Below, in pieces: positions 29,609 to 39,729 of a stretch of 64,000 nucleotides of DNA (within the stretch, counting starts at the first letter, position 1; each line of letters starts with the position of its first letter). This stretch comes from Fibrobacteria bacterium. GTDB lineage: Bacteria; Fibrobacterota; Chitinivibrionia; Chitinivibrionales; FEN-1185. A program made the position numbers and the translations under genes. Below the pieces are notes generated by a model. It made no database searches, was not told the DNA's origin, and worked only from the letters and a program-made list of their open reading frames with translations. Location of the stretch: assembly GCA_037447435.1 (NCBI GenBank), contig JBBIGR010000011.1, positions 32,001 through 96,000 on the forward strand, in the 5' to 3' direction.

Positions 29609-30769
29609 ATGATGAAAAATAATAGCTTTGATATTGCGGTTATTGGTGGTGGCCCTGCAGGAATCATGGCTGCAACATATGCGGCAAAAAATGGCAGATC
29701 TGTATGCCTTATCGACAGAAAAAGCAAACCCGGGTTCCCAGTTAGATGCGGCGAGGCGACGAGTTTGGATGGTTTTTTAAATATTGCCGAGTTCCAAAAA
29801 GATTGGATCCTTTCAACCGTAACGTCGATGCAATTAATCGCTCCGTCGGGGACAGTAGTGACAGTTCCAAACGACTATGGCGCCTATATTATCGATCGCC
29901 ATAAAATGGAAACGGATTTAACGCAAGAAGCGATAAAATCAGGGGTTGCCTTTCTTCCGCATACGACCATCACTACTGTGGAAAAAGATAAAAATGAATA
30001 TATCTGTTCCTCGAAGAATGTACGTATTATTGCACAATGTCTGATTCTTGCCGAAGGCATAGAATCACGTCTTGCTCGTCAATTGGGATGGACGACTTTT
30101 CTTGAGCCTCACGATGTGCATTCATGTGCATTTGCAAGGGTGGAACATCCCGACGTTATTCAAAACACATGTGTATTTTATCTGGGAAAACAATATGCTC
30201 CTGCAGGATATGTTTGGGTTTTTCACAGGGGTGGATCAACTGCGAATGTTGGATTAGGGACTTTAGGTTCTTTTTGTAAACCCGGACTTTCAAAAGAATT
30301 GTTGTTAAATTTTATAGACTCAAAATTTCACGGAGCAAAGGTATCACAGTTGCATTGCGGAGGCGTTCCAATGGGGAAGTATATTTCCCCGTTGGTAAAA
30401 GAGGGTGTACTTCTTTGCGGCGATTCGGCTCGAATGGTGAATTGCATAAACGGCGCAGGAATTTCCTATTCATTGTTCGCAGGAAAAAACGCCGGTATCG
30501 TATCCGCTTTGGCATTCAAAGAGGGGAAATGCGATTATTCCTTACTTAAAAAATATGATAAAATATGGGGAAAGTCTTTCGGAAAACAACAATTGCGATC
30601 CTATTCGGTGAAAGAAATTATGGTTGGATTTTCCGACAAATTTATCGATGATATGGCTGCTATTGTTACAAAAAATAAAAACAGCAAACCGAGTATACTG
30701 AAAATATTTATCAGAGTATTCATCAGGTATCCGTTTCACCTATTTAAAGTGATCAAGCTGCTTAAATAA
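29609..30769 (+). CDS. Geranylgeranyl reductase family flavoprotein (DGGGPL reductase-like)
   Basis: GGGPAG, PVRCGE, PAGYVWVF, ANVGLG, GDSA...NGAGI. Confidence 0.85.
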   Translation: MMKNNSFDIAVIGGGPAGIMAATYAAKNGRSVCLIDRKSKPGFPVRCGEATSLDGFLNIAEFQKDWILSTVTSMQLIAPSGTVVTVPNDYGAYIIDRHKMETDLTQEAIKSGVAFLPHTTITTVEKDKNEYICSSKNVRIIAQCLILAEGIESRLARQLGWTTFLEPHDVHSCAFARVEHPDVIQNTCVFYLGKQYAPAGYVWVFHRGGSTANVGLGTLGSFCKPGLSKELLLNFIDSKFHGAKVSQLHCGGVPMGKYISPLVKEGVLLCGDSARMVNCINGAGISYSLFAGKNAGIVSALAFKEGKCDYSLLKKYDKIWGKSFGKQQLRSYSVKEIMVGFSDKFIDDMAAIVTKNKNSKPSILKIFIRVFIRYPFHLFKVIKLLK

Positions 30770-30782
30770 ATAGCCCATTTCG

Positions 30783-30811
30783 TTGACTGGGTTTGCCATT
30801 GATGGTATAAT
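30783..30811 (+). promoter_or_regulatory. Sigma70 promoter of the HDOD-CheX-kinase operon
   Basis: TTGACT-N17-TATAAT with TGn extended -10. Confidence 0.75.
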
Positions 30812-30850
30812 AATTAGCATTATGACTACCATTTTTGAGAAAGCAACCCC

Positions 30851-31744
30851 ATGAATATCATTCAACGAATGTATGAAATTCATGAATTGCCTACTCTGCC
30901 CGAGGTAATTCTTAAAATTCAAGCCCTCATTAATTCCGATGAAGGAAGCGCAGGTTCACTTTCTCGAATTATTGCTCAGGATCCGTCTCTTACAACGAAA
31001 ATCCTGAAGGTTGCGAATTCATCCTATTTCGGCCAAACATATCAGCGGATTTCTTCGCTATCCCTTGCAATTGCACGAATTGGTTTCAATGAAGTGCGAA
31101 ACATAGTGACTGCAATTTCCTGTATAAAACAATTTTCAAAGCGCTCTTCGATCCTTGATTACAAATTATTCTGGCGCCACTCATTGACAGCTGCATATCT
31201 CACCAAAATAATTACAGATTCTTATCCGGACAAATTTTCCTCCGAAGATAAGCAATATTTGTTTTTGACGGGATTGTTGCATGATATCGGGATTTTGATT
31301 TTCGATCAATTTTTCCATGAAGATTTTGAAATCATATTGGATTATGCAATTAAAAATGAGGTTTCATATCTAGCTGCCGAACAAGCCGTGTTTGGAAAGG
31401 AGTCGCATCAAGTTGTTGGCAGTGCATTATTGGAATTCTGGAAATTGGATGCTGCGGTAATATCGGGTGTGAGGTTTCATCATTTCGGATTCGAAAAATC
31501 GTCGAGTCATCACAGATTGATTTCTATGGTAAGCTGTCTGGTAGAATATATCCTTTGCAATTGCAGTTTGGGTTCTTTTGAAGGATCCATTGCAGAACTT
31601 GACAAATCAATCGCCGATACCTTTAAAATAACTTCGGAAGGCATGGCCTTTTTATTCGCTGCCGCAGAAGCATATGTCGAAAAGTCGGATCTTGTTATTG
31701 CCATGGGGATGTCTGGGTCTTCAAATGAATTTAAAATGATTTAA
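30851..31744 (+). CDS. HDOD domain protein
   Basis: LPTLPEV, DPSLT.KILKVANS, FWRHSL, GLLHDIG, RFHH. Confidence 0.9.
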   Translation: MNIIQRMYEIHELPTLPEVILKIQALINSDEGSAGSLSRIIAQDPSLTTKILKVANSSYFGQTYQRISSLSLAIARIGFNEVRNIVTAISCIKQFSKRSSILDYKLFWRHSLTAAYLTKIITDSYPDKFSSEDKQYLFLTGLLHDIGILIFDQFFHEDFEIILDYAIKNEVSYLAAEQAVFGKESHQVVGSALLEFWKLDAAVISGVRFHHFGFEKSSSHHRLISMVSCLVEYILCNCSLGSFEGSIAELDKSIADTFKITSEGMAFLFAAAEAYVEKSDLVIAMGMSGSSNEFKMI

Positions 31745-31770
31745 CAATTTTAAAAAAGAGGCTATAAATC

Positions 31771-32229
31771 ATGAATGTTGCTTATATTAACCCTTTTATT
31801 TCTGCAACTATGAATTTTTTTAAAACAATGTTGCGTGTTGATGCAGCTCCTGGAAAACCCGGCTTGAAACAGGAACCGTTTCCTTCTCACGATATTTCGG
31901 CGGTAATTGGCTTATCGGGGGATGCACAAGGTTCTGTTGCATTGAGCTTTCCTAAAGTCGCTGCATTAAAAATCGTTTCCGCAATGTTGGGGGCCGAAAT
32001 CAAAATAGTCGGGCCAGAATTAACTGACGGAATTGGTGAAGTTGTGAATATAATCGCAGGAAATGCCAAAGGAGATTTAACTGCCTTTAAGCTTTCTATT
32101 TCATTGCCAAATATAATTATCGGTAAAGACCATGTCGTGGTTTCTCCAACGGGTGCGCCAACGATCGTTGTTCCATTTACTACCGTTTATGGAAGCTTTT
32201 CGATGGAAGTATCCTTGAAAACAAATTAG
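31771..32229 (+). CDS. cheX: Chemotaxis phosphatase CheX
   Basis: YINPFI, ISAVIGLSGD, GEVVNIIAG (ExxN), ISLP. Confidence 0.9.
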   Translation: MNVAYINPFISATMNFFKTMLRVDAAPGKPGLKQEPFPSHDISAVIGLSGDAQGSVALSFPKVAALKIVSAMLGAEIKIVGPELTDGIGEVVNIIAGNAKGDLTAFKLSISLPNIIIGKDHVVVSPTGAPTIVVPFTTVYGSFSMEVSLKTN

Positions 32230-32245
32230 GAGTGTAAATCCTGGT

Positions 32246-34912
32246 TTGCAATTTTGGTTGTTTCAACGGGAATTATACGCTGTGAATGTATTTGCACTCA
32301 TATCGCTTTTTGCGTGTGCGGTTTCCATTATTCTGGCCGGAATTGTTTATTCGGAAGACAGAAAAAACCATGTAAGCAAAATATTCTTGCTTCTTTGCTG
32401 CTTTGAGATTTTCTTTTGCTTTACGGATTTTATGGTAAAACAATCTGAAAGCAAAGCAAGTCTCGTTTTCTGGGTACGGTGCGAATTTTTATGGCCTGTC
32501 ATATATGCGTCGATGCTTCACTTTGCTTTGGCCTTTACCAAAGTACCAACTGCAAATAATAAAAAGCACCTGTCGATTTTATACGGATTTTCGATTGTGA
32601 TAAGTTTTGTTTTTTTATTTGCAATAAAGGATATTGCCGTCGAAAAAGATTTTTGGGGTTTAGCCATCAAGCGAGACAGCGCATTGCCAATCCCAATGAT
32701 TATAGTTTCTGCCTATGCCGGCGGGATGGGAATTGCTGTTTCATTGATCGTGTTTATATACTATTTAAAAAACGAAGATTTACTAATAAAAAAACAGTCC
32801 TTGAATTTATGTTTGGCTTTTTTAATTCCCACGTTAACCGCTGTCGGTTCAGAAGTGGTTCCTGCAATCCTTCACTTTCATTCTCCAAGCCTTGAGACCC
32901 CTTCGTATTGTTTGGTCTCATTGATAGTCTTTTATTCGATCCGAAAACATAAATTGTTCTTTTTAAATCCCGCTTTTGCAGCGGAAAACATTATTTCAAC
33001 CATTGACGATCTGTTTGTTCTCATGAATCCCGAAAGAATTGTCGTTTCTGTCAATAAAGCCATTTGTGATCTTCTTTGCTATGAAAAGGAGGAATTAATT
33101 GGTAAACCCTTTAGCATGCTTTTCCCCGTTTCAATAAACGATAGTTCAATTGTAGGTATGGATAATCGAACTGAGAAAATAAAGGTGTTTCTCGCATACG
33201 ATATGAGGAAACGGGAAGCCCATTTCATCTCTAAAAACAACAAAATAGTTCCTGTCGCTGTTTCGTTCTCAACGCTTAAAGACAAGTATAACTCGGTTGC
33301 CGGGTATGTCTGCTTTGCAAACGACAATACCGAACGAATAAAATATGAAGAAGACCTCCGAGTTGCGAAAGAACATGCCGAAATTGCCAATAAAGCGAAA
33401 AGTGAATTTTTATCAAATATGTCGCATGAAATACGGACGCCGATGAATGCGGTTATTGGGTTTGCGGAATTATTAAATGATACCGAGTTGAATGAACGTC
33501 AAAAGGAATATCTCGACATTATCTGTAATAGTGGGGAATTGCTTGTTGCGCTTATTAACGACATTTTAGACATATCAAAAATCGAAGCCCGGCATTTAAC
33601 CTTGGAAAATATTGATTTCGATTTCGAATATTTATTGGTAAGCTTAGTGAAAATCGTCAAACAAAAAGCCTCGATGACTGCTGTTGAAATAAAACTGAAT
33701 TATGGTGAAGGAGTTCCTAAAACTTTCAATGGCGATCCGACGCGAATACGCCAAGTTATTTTGAATTTGCTCAATAATGCTGTTAAATTTACGCATGCAG
33801 GAGAAATAAAAATCGACGTAGCAATATCTAATAACAATAAAAATACAACCATCGTCGAAAAAAATATACTAAACCTTGTCATATCAATCAAAGATACGGG
33901 GATAGGAATTCCAAAAGAAAAGCAGGCTGAAATATTCGAAGCTTTTGTTCAAGCGGATGCATCAACTACTCGAAAGTATGGCGGTACTGGACTTGGACTC
34001 GGTATTGCTCGTGCGCTTATCGAATTGATGGGAGGAAACATTTCAGTACGTTCCGAAGAAGGAAAAGGCAGCGAGTTCATTGTTTTATTACCACTAACTA
34101 TCGGGCAAAATTCCACGGAAGATATAGTTCTGTCAACGGTTAATTCTTTGGCACAAAAAAATGTTGTTATTGTCGATGACAACGAAAATGCTCGACGCGT
34201 TATTGCCGGATTTTGTGAAAAAATTAATATGCCGATAATTAAAACATTTTCTTCAGGGATCGAAGCGATTAAATGGTTCGAGGATGCAACAGAAAAAGTT
34301 GATGTTATTTTATGCGATATTATGATGCCGAAAATGAACGGGTGGGAGTTTGCGATTCAAATCAGGAAATTGTCAGTTGGAGAAAACATCAAATTGGTAG
34401 CCTTGACATCGGACGCAATTCCGGGTGTTGCAAGCAAGTCCGAAATTTCCGGATTTGACGCGATGTTAACAAAACCGTTGCTAAGAAATAATTTTTATCA
34501 GGTATTGCAGGCTATGTTCGGCGATTTTAGAAAAGAGAAAAAACAAATTATTACAGGTCATTTAGTGCAGGAATTGATATCCCGGCACATACATGTCCTT
34601 GTTGCGGAAGATAATGAAGTTAATCAAAAACTCATGAAAATATTATTAACAGGAATGGGTTGTACTTTTGAAATGGTTTCTAACGGTCAAGAAGCGATAA
34701 ATAAAGTTAGAAAAAACGACAATTTTGATATAATACTCATGGATGTCCAAATGCCTATAATGGATGGGTTGGAAGCGACTTCAATTTTGCGAAATGCAAT
34801 GCATGTAGAAATTCCTATCATTGCTTTAACAGCATATGCAATGAAAGAGGATCGTAATAAATGCATTTTATCCGGGATGAATGATTTCATCGATAAACCA
34901 ATTGATTCTTAA
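32246..34912 (+). CDS. Hybrid histidine kinase (7TM sensor, PAS, HisKA, HATPase, two REC); C-terminus appears truncated
   Basis: FLSNMSHEIRTPMN, NLLNNAVKFT, GGTGLGL, two receivers (CDIMMP, MDVQMP); start may be GTG 32282. Confidence 0.9.
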   Translation: MQFWLFQRELYAVNVFALISLFACAVSIILAGIVYSEDRKNHVSKIFLLLCCFEIFFCFTDFMVKQSESKASLVFWVRCEFLWPVIYASMLHFALAFTKVPTANNKKHLSILYGFSIVISFVFLFAIKDIAVEKDFWGLAIKRDSALPIPMIIVSAYAGGMGIAVSLIVFIYYLKNEDLLIKKQSLNLCLAFLIPTLTAVGSEVVPAILHFHSPSLETPSYCLVSLIVFYSIRKHKLFFLNPAFAAENIISTIDDLFVLMNPERIVVSVNKAICDLLCYEKEELIGKPFSMLFPVSINDSSIVGMDNRTEKIKVFLAYDMRKREAHFISKNNKIVPVAVSFSTLKDKYNSVAGYVCFANDNTERIKYEEDLRVAKEHAEIANKAKSEFLSNMSHEIRTPMNAVIGFAELLNDTELNERQKEYLDIICNSGELLVALINDILDISKIEARHLTLENIDFDFEYLLVSLVKIVKQKASMTAVEIKLNYGEGVPKTFNGDPTRIRQVILNLLNNAVKFTHAGEIKIDVAISNNNKNTTIVEKNILNLVISIKDTGIGIPKEKQAEIFEAFVQADASTTRKYGGTGLGLGIARALIELMGGNISVRSEEGKGSEFIVLLPLTIGQNSTEDIVLSTVNSLAQKNVVIVDDNENARRVIAGFCEKINMPIIKTFSSGIEAIKWFEDATEKVDVILCDIMMPKMNGWEFAIQIRKLSVGENIKLVALTSDAIPGVASKSEISGFDAMLTKPLLRNNFYQVLQAMFGDFRKEKKQIITGHLVQELISRHIHVLVAEDNEVNQKLMKILLTGMGCTFEMVSNGQEAINKVRKNDNFDIILMDVQMPIMDGLEATSILRNAMHVEIPIIALTAYAMKEDRNKCILSGMNDFIDKPIDS

Positions 34913-34965
34913 AAGTTGAAACGAAAATTGGTTTCCTGGTCACGTCATAATCAAAAAGGGGCAAC

Positions 34966-35289
34966 ATGACTTCAAATGTAAATGCAATATTACAGAGGTT
35001 GGGTATTTCAAAGGAAATTTATTATGAGCTTTTATCCGATTTTGTTGGCCTTGCACAAGAAAAATATTTGCAATTAGAAAAAGCGGCTGAGCAAAACTTG
35101 CTTGAGGAGATTAAAAAAATAGCTCATTCAATCAAGGGTAGTGCGGCTAATTTAGGTGTTGAATTAATTGCGGAAACAGCAAAAAAAATCGAAACTGATG
35201 CTGCTACAGGTGAATGTTCAGAACGGGTAAAAGAAAATATTTCCGTCTTAGGCAGACAAATAATTTTGTGTAAAAATGAAAAACAATAA
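34966..35289 (+). CDS. Hpt phosphotransfer protein
   Basis: AHSIKGSAANLG. Confidence 0.9.
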   Translation: MTSNVNAILQRLGISKEIYYELLSDFVGLAQEKYLQLEKAAEQNLLEEIKKIAHSIKGSAANLGVELIAETAKKIETDAATGECSERVKENISVLGRQIILCKNEKQ

Positions 35290-35304
35290 ATTAAAAACTT
35301 TCCC

Positions 35305-36165
35305 ATGGATAATAAAATGAACGAGTTGGAAAAAACGCTTGGTACCATAAAAGACCTCCCCACGTTGCCGGAAGTAATCAGACAAGTGGGTACGCTTATC
35401 GAAAATGATGAAACAGATATAAAAAAAATAGCCGACGTCATTATGACAGATGCAGCGTTGTCGATGCGAATCATCAGGTTGGTCAATTCTGCATTTTACG
35501 GGCTTAGAAATCGGGTAACTTCCTTGCACCAGGCCGTAGTTGCATTGGGATTACGTTCGGTGTATAATCTTATGCTTGGTCTTTCGGTAGTAAAAATGTT
35601 TAAGAATAATGAATCGGAGTTTTTTAATCCTGTTCTTTTGTGGCAACATTCGTTCGGTTGCGCATTGGCAAGTGAAAAGCTCGCTACAATTTTGAAATAT
35701 CCTTATCCTGATGAAACATTTATTGGCGGTTTGCTTCATGATATGGGCAGATTGGCTTTAGATCAATTCGCTCATGATCAATTTGCCTTAGCCTGTCAGA
35801 ATAGTAACGACAATAAAATTTCACTCATTGCAGCCGAAAAAGAAATTTTTGGTTTTGATCATGCAGAGGCTGGAGCATGGCTTTCGGAGCGTATGAATAT
35901 TCCCGATTCTTTTATCAGCGTGATTCGATATCACCACAATTCATCAAACCTGCCGAAAGAAGTTGAAACATACCGTGGATTAATATCTATTACGGCATTT
36001 GCAAATCGAATTTGCTTAATGGAAAAAATCGGCACAAGCGGCGAAACAATTATGGACAATGAATCTGTAGCTTTGCCGTTCGATATATCTGATTTTGACA
36101 TCCAAATTTTGGGTAAATCTGTGCGGGAAATTATTTCTGCTACTATGAAAAAGTGGGGATACTAA
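35305..36165 (+). CDS. HDOD domain protein
   Basis: LPTLPEV, VNSAFYG, WQHS, GLLHDMG, RYHH. Confidence 0.9.
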   Translation: MDNKMNELEKTLGTIKDLPTLPEVIRQVGTLIENDETDIKKIADVIMTDAALSMRIIRLVNSAFYGLRNRVTSLHQAVVALGLRSVYNLMLGLSVVKMFKNNESEFFNPVLLWQHSFGCALASEKLATILKYPYPDETFIGGLLHDMGRLALDQFAHDQFALACQNSNDNKISLIAAEKEIFGFDHAEAGAWLSERMNIPDSFISVIRYHHNSSNLPKEVETYRGLISITAFANRICLMEKIGTSGETIMDNESVALPFDISDFDIQILGKSVREIISATMKKWGY

Positions 36166-36175
36166 AGCGGTATTG

Positions 36176-37360
36176 CTACAATAACTCTATTGTAACCATT
36201 GTTATGTCGTCACTTTGGGGTAATCCTGTTGTATAGTTTTGAATTTTATTAATTATTTCCAAGTTAAAATCTTTGGCATTTAATGATGAAATTCCTAAAA
36301 CCGCATTTTCTAATTTGATCTTGCCGAATTGTTTTCCTTGATTATTGATACATTCAATCAATCCGTCCGTATACAAAACAATTTTGTCACCAGGACGTAT
36401 TGGTGCCGATTTTTGTTCGAATGGCACGTCTGGAAATAAGCCGATAAAGGTACCCGTCGTCGTCAGGTAGTCGCACTTATTTGTTTCTTTATGAAAAAGC
36501 AAGGCTGGCGGATTAGCCGCACGTACATGGGTGAATTCCATGTTCTGAGTATCAACGATTCCTAAAATGGCAGTTACAAATCGTTCCGGAGGCATATAGT
36601 GAATAAGTTCATTATTGACCCTATGAAAAATTTCCTGCGGCGAAATACCTTTGTAGATATGCCGGGAAAAAGAAAGCTTTGCCATTGCGGAAATAAGTGC
36701 TGCCGGAACTCCGTGACCCGCAACATCAACGAGCAATACTGCCGTCCTATGATCGTCAAGCGGTACAATATCATATAAATCGCCCCCAACTCGTCCAGAA
36801 GGCAAATACTGGGAATTAATGTTTACACTTTTAATTTTAAAAGTATCTTGCGGTAAAAAGGATTTTTGAACCCGGCGGGCTGTTTCCAATTCAGCGTTTA
36901 TATTAGAAAGCGCTTCCTCAAGTTCTTCTTTGGTTGCAGCAAGTGATTCACGGGATTTTTTTAACTCATCAAGAATTTTGTGACGTTCCAAAGCATAGCT
37001 TATTGATCTTTCAATCTGGTTCCGGTTTAATTGTCCCTTTATTAGATAATCTTGCGCTCCCTTTTGCAATAATTCCAATGCGAGTGATTCATCATCGGTA
37101 CCGGTTAGAACAATAATTGGGGTCATTTGAGATTGATTTTGAATTTTCCAAAACGTATCTATGCCCTGAGAATCGCCAAGTGACAGGTCGGCTAAAATTG
37201 CATCAAAGGAATCGAGTTCAAGTTGTTTCAAGGCTGCAGCTAGGGTATCAACACAGGTGAGTTCGAAGGTCAATATCCTGGCGTTTTTCACTATTTCGCG
37301 AATCAAGCGGGCATCGAGAGGATTATCTTCAACAAGAAGAATTTTTGCTGTTGTTGCCAT
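36176..37360 (-). CDS. Response regulator receiver fused to PP2C/SpoIIE (RsbU-like) phosphatase
   Basis: LLVEDN, GAQDYL.K; VGGDLYD, DVAGHG, YTDGL, DDIT. Confidence 0.92.
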   Translation of the reverse strand: MATTAKILLVEDNPLDARLIREIVKNARILTFELTCVDTLAAALKQLELDSFDAILADLSLGDSQGIDTFWKIQNQSQMTPIIVLTGTDDESLALELLQKGAQDYLIKGQLNRNQIERSISYALERHKILDELKKSRESLAATKEELEEALSNINAELETARRVQKSFLPQDTFKIKSVNINSQYLPSGRVGGDLYDIVPLDDHRTAVLLVDVAGHGVPAALISAMAKLSFSRHIYKGISPQEIFHRVNNELIHYMPPERFVTAILGIVDTQNMEFTHVRAANPPALLFHKETNKCDYLTTTGTFIGLFPDVPFEQKSAPIRPGDKIVLYTDGLIECINNQGKQFGKIKLENAVLGISSLNAKDFNLEIINKIQNYTTGLPQSDDITMVTIELL

Positions 37361-37507
37361 AATTGGAATTATATCATTAAAAATTATTTTATCAAACAGG
37401 AAATAATTTATGAATTTATTGATATTAGAATTAACATTCGCCCCATAAATTATTTTATTTAATTCAAAAATATGTATAATAAAGCTAATTATTGTAAAGG
37501 AGAAACA

Positions 37508-39586
37508 ATGGAGCAGGATGTTTTAAAACGTGCAGCAGATTCGGTACGAATACTTTCCGCCTCAATGGTCGATAAAGCAAACTCGGGGCATCCTGGCGGT
37601 GCAATGGGCGGGGCCGATTTTGTTTCAGTTTTATTTTCCGAATTTCTGTCGCATGATCCAACTGATATGAATTGGCATAATCGCGACCGTTTTTTTCTTG
37701 ATCCTGGCCATATGTCGCCAATGTTGTATTCGGTACTGGCTCTTATGGGACATTATTCAATGGAAGATTTGAAAAACTTCAGACAATGGCAAAGTGTCAC
37801 TCCCGGTCATCCTGAACGTGATATAATGCGCGGTGTCGAAAATACTTCCGGGCCTTTGGGACAAGGCCATACGATGGCACTTGGCGCAGCAATTGCCGAA
37901 CGTTTTTTTGCAGCAAGGTTTGGTGAATGGCTTTCACATAAAACATTTGCTTACATTTCCGACGGAGGGATTCAGGAGGAAGTAGCGCAAGGTGTAGGAA
38001 GAATTGCCGGGCATTTGAAATTGTCTAATTTTATTATGTTTTACGATTCAAATAGCGTGCAATTGTCAACCGAAACCAGCGCAGTTACCAGTGAAGATAC
38101 GGCTATGAAATATGAATCATGGGGATGGAATGTTGTAAAAATAGATGGTAACGATATTCTGCAAATACGAAATGCATTATCGGCTGCTCTTAAAGAAACA
38201 TCTAAACCTACATTGATAATTGGCAAAACAATAATGGGGCTCGGAGCAAGGACCGAATCCGGCGAAAGTTTTGAAGGTAAGGTCGAAACTCATGGCATGC
38301 CTCTTTCAAAAGCCGGGGCATCCCTCGAAAAGACTATTGTAAACCTTGGCGGAGACCCGAAAAATCCGTTTTGTATTTTCCCCGATGTTCAAACACATTT
38401 CGAAAAAGTTAAAGAAAACGCAATTAAAAATGCAAAAGCGAAAAAAGAAAAGCAAAAAAAATGGGAAATTGAAAATCCCGAACTTGCTGCAAAATATCAT
38501 TCGTTTTGGAATGAGGACTTTAGCTCTATCGATTGGACGAGCATAGAACAAAAACCGGGAATTGCTACACGAGCAGCATCTGGAAAAGTATTGTCGGTTT
38601 TTGCAAAGAAAATAGAAAATATAATTGTTTCGTCCGCAGATTTAAGCAATAGCGACAACACCGACGGGTTTTTAAAGAATTCAAGAAGCATGCTTTGTTC
38701 AGATTTTGGCGGGTGTTTTTTGCAAGCCGGTGTCGCAGAATTGACCATGGCTGGCATAATGAACGGAATTGCCTTACACGGTGGAATAGTGCCGGTATGC
38801 GGAACCTTTTTTGTCTTTTCCGATTTCATGAAGCCTGCAGTAAGGTTGGCGGCACTTATGGAACTACCGGTTAAATATGTTTGGACTCATGACTCTTTTC
38901 GGGTCGGTGAAGATGGTCCTACTCATCAACCTATCGAGCATGAAGCTCAAATTAGACTTTTGGAAAAAATGAAAAATCTTGAGGGAAAAAGGAGTATGTT
39001 GGTTTTACGACCCGCAGATTCAGCCGAAACAACAATTGCATGGAAACTGGCTTTGGAAAATCGTAAAGCACCAACAGCATTAATTCTATCCCGCCAACCA
39101 ATAAACGATTTGCAATCGGTTAGCGGACAAACGCGATTCACCGAGGCGCAACAGTCATCAAAAGGCGCGTACACGGTATTCGGACTGCATAAAAACCCAG
39201 ACTGCGTGCTTGTGGGGAATGGATCAGAAGTGAGTACGCTAATCGGAGCCGCGCAAAAATTAAGTAAGGACCGAGGTCTTAAAATAAATGTTGTATCGGT
39301 AATTTCAGAAGGATTGTTCTCAGAACAGCCAGTAGACAAGAGAGAAGAAGTCGTTCCCTTCGGTATTCCGGTTTTCGGACTCAGTGCCGGTTTGCCGCAA
39401 ACGTTACAGGGAGTAGTCGGAATATTCGGAAAAGTTTTCGGTATGCAGCGATTTGGCGCATCCGCTCCATTTAAGGTGTTGGATGAGAAATTCGGATATT
39501 CAATTGAGGCCGTTTGTGGTGAAATTGAAAAATATTTAGGTGAGTTTAAGGTTCTTATCAAAAGAATTGGATCTTTACAAAAATAA
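37508..39586 (+). CDS. tkt: Transketolase
   Basis: SGHPGGAMG, TPGHPE, GPLGQG, THDS..VGEDGPTHQP. Confidence 0.96.
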   Translation: MEQDVLKRAADSVRILSASMVDKANSGHPGGAMGGADFVSVLFSEFLSHDPTDMNWHNRDRFFLDPGHMSPMLYSVLALMGHYSMEDLKNFRQWQSVTPGHPERDIMRGVENTSGPLGQGHTMALGAAIAERFFAARFGEWLSHKTFAYISDGGIQEEVAQGVGRIAGHLKLSNFIMFYDSNSVQLSTETSAVTSEDTAMKYESWGWNVVKIDGNDILQIRNALSAALKETSKPTLIIGKTIMGLGARTESGESFEGKVETHGMPLSKAGASLEKTIVNLGGDPKNPFCIFPDVQTHFEKVKENAIKNAKAKKEKQKKWEIENPELAAKYHSFWNEDFSSIDWTSIEQKPGIATRAASGKVLSVFAKKIENIIVSSADLSNSDNTDGFLKNSRSMLCSDFGGCFLQAGVAELTMAGIMNGIALHGGIVPVCGTFFVFSDFMKPAVRLAALMELPVKYVWTHDSFRVGEDGPTHQPIEHEAQIRLLEKMKNLEGKRSMLVLRPADSAETTIAWKLALENRKAPTALILSRQPINDLQSVSGQTRFTEAQQSSKGAYTVFGLHKNPDCVLVGNGSEVSTLIGAAQKLSKDRGLKINVVSVISEGLFSEQPVDKREEVVPFGIPVFGLSAGLPQTLQGVVGIFGKVFGMQRFGASAPFKVLDEKFGYSIEAVCGEIEKYLGEFKVLIKRIGSLQK

Positions 39587-39729
39587 AACCTTGAATACTT
39601 AAAACACCATAAATTCGGAGATTTTAAACAGGGCAGTTCCCGATGTAACCTTGGGCGCTCCCTGTTTAATAGTAGAAATAACGATCCCTTATTTCTACCA
39701 ACGGTATTCATTCGCCTGGGAGGTTTATT

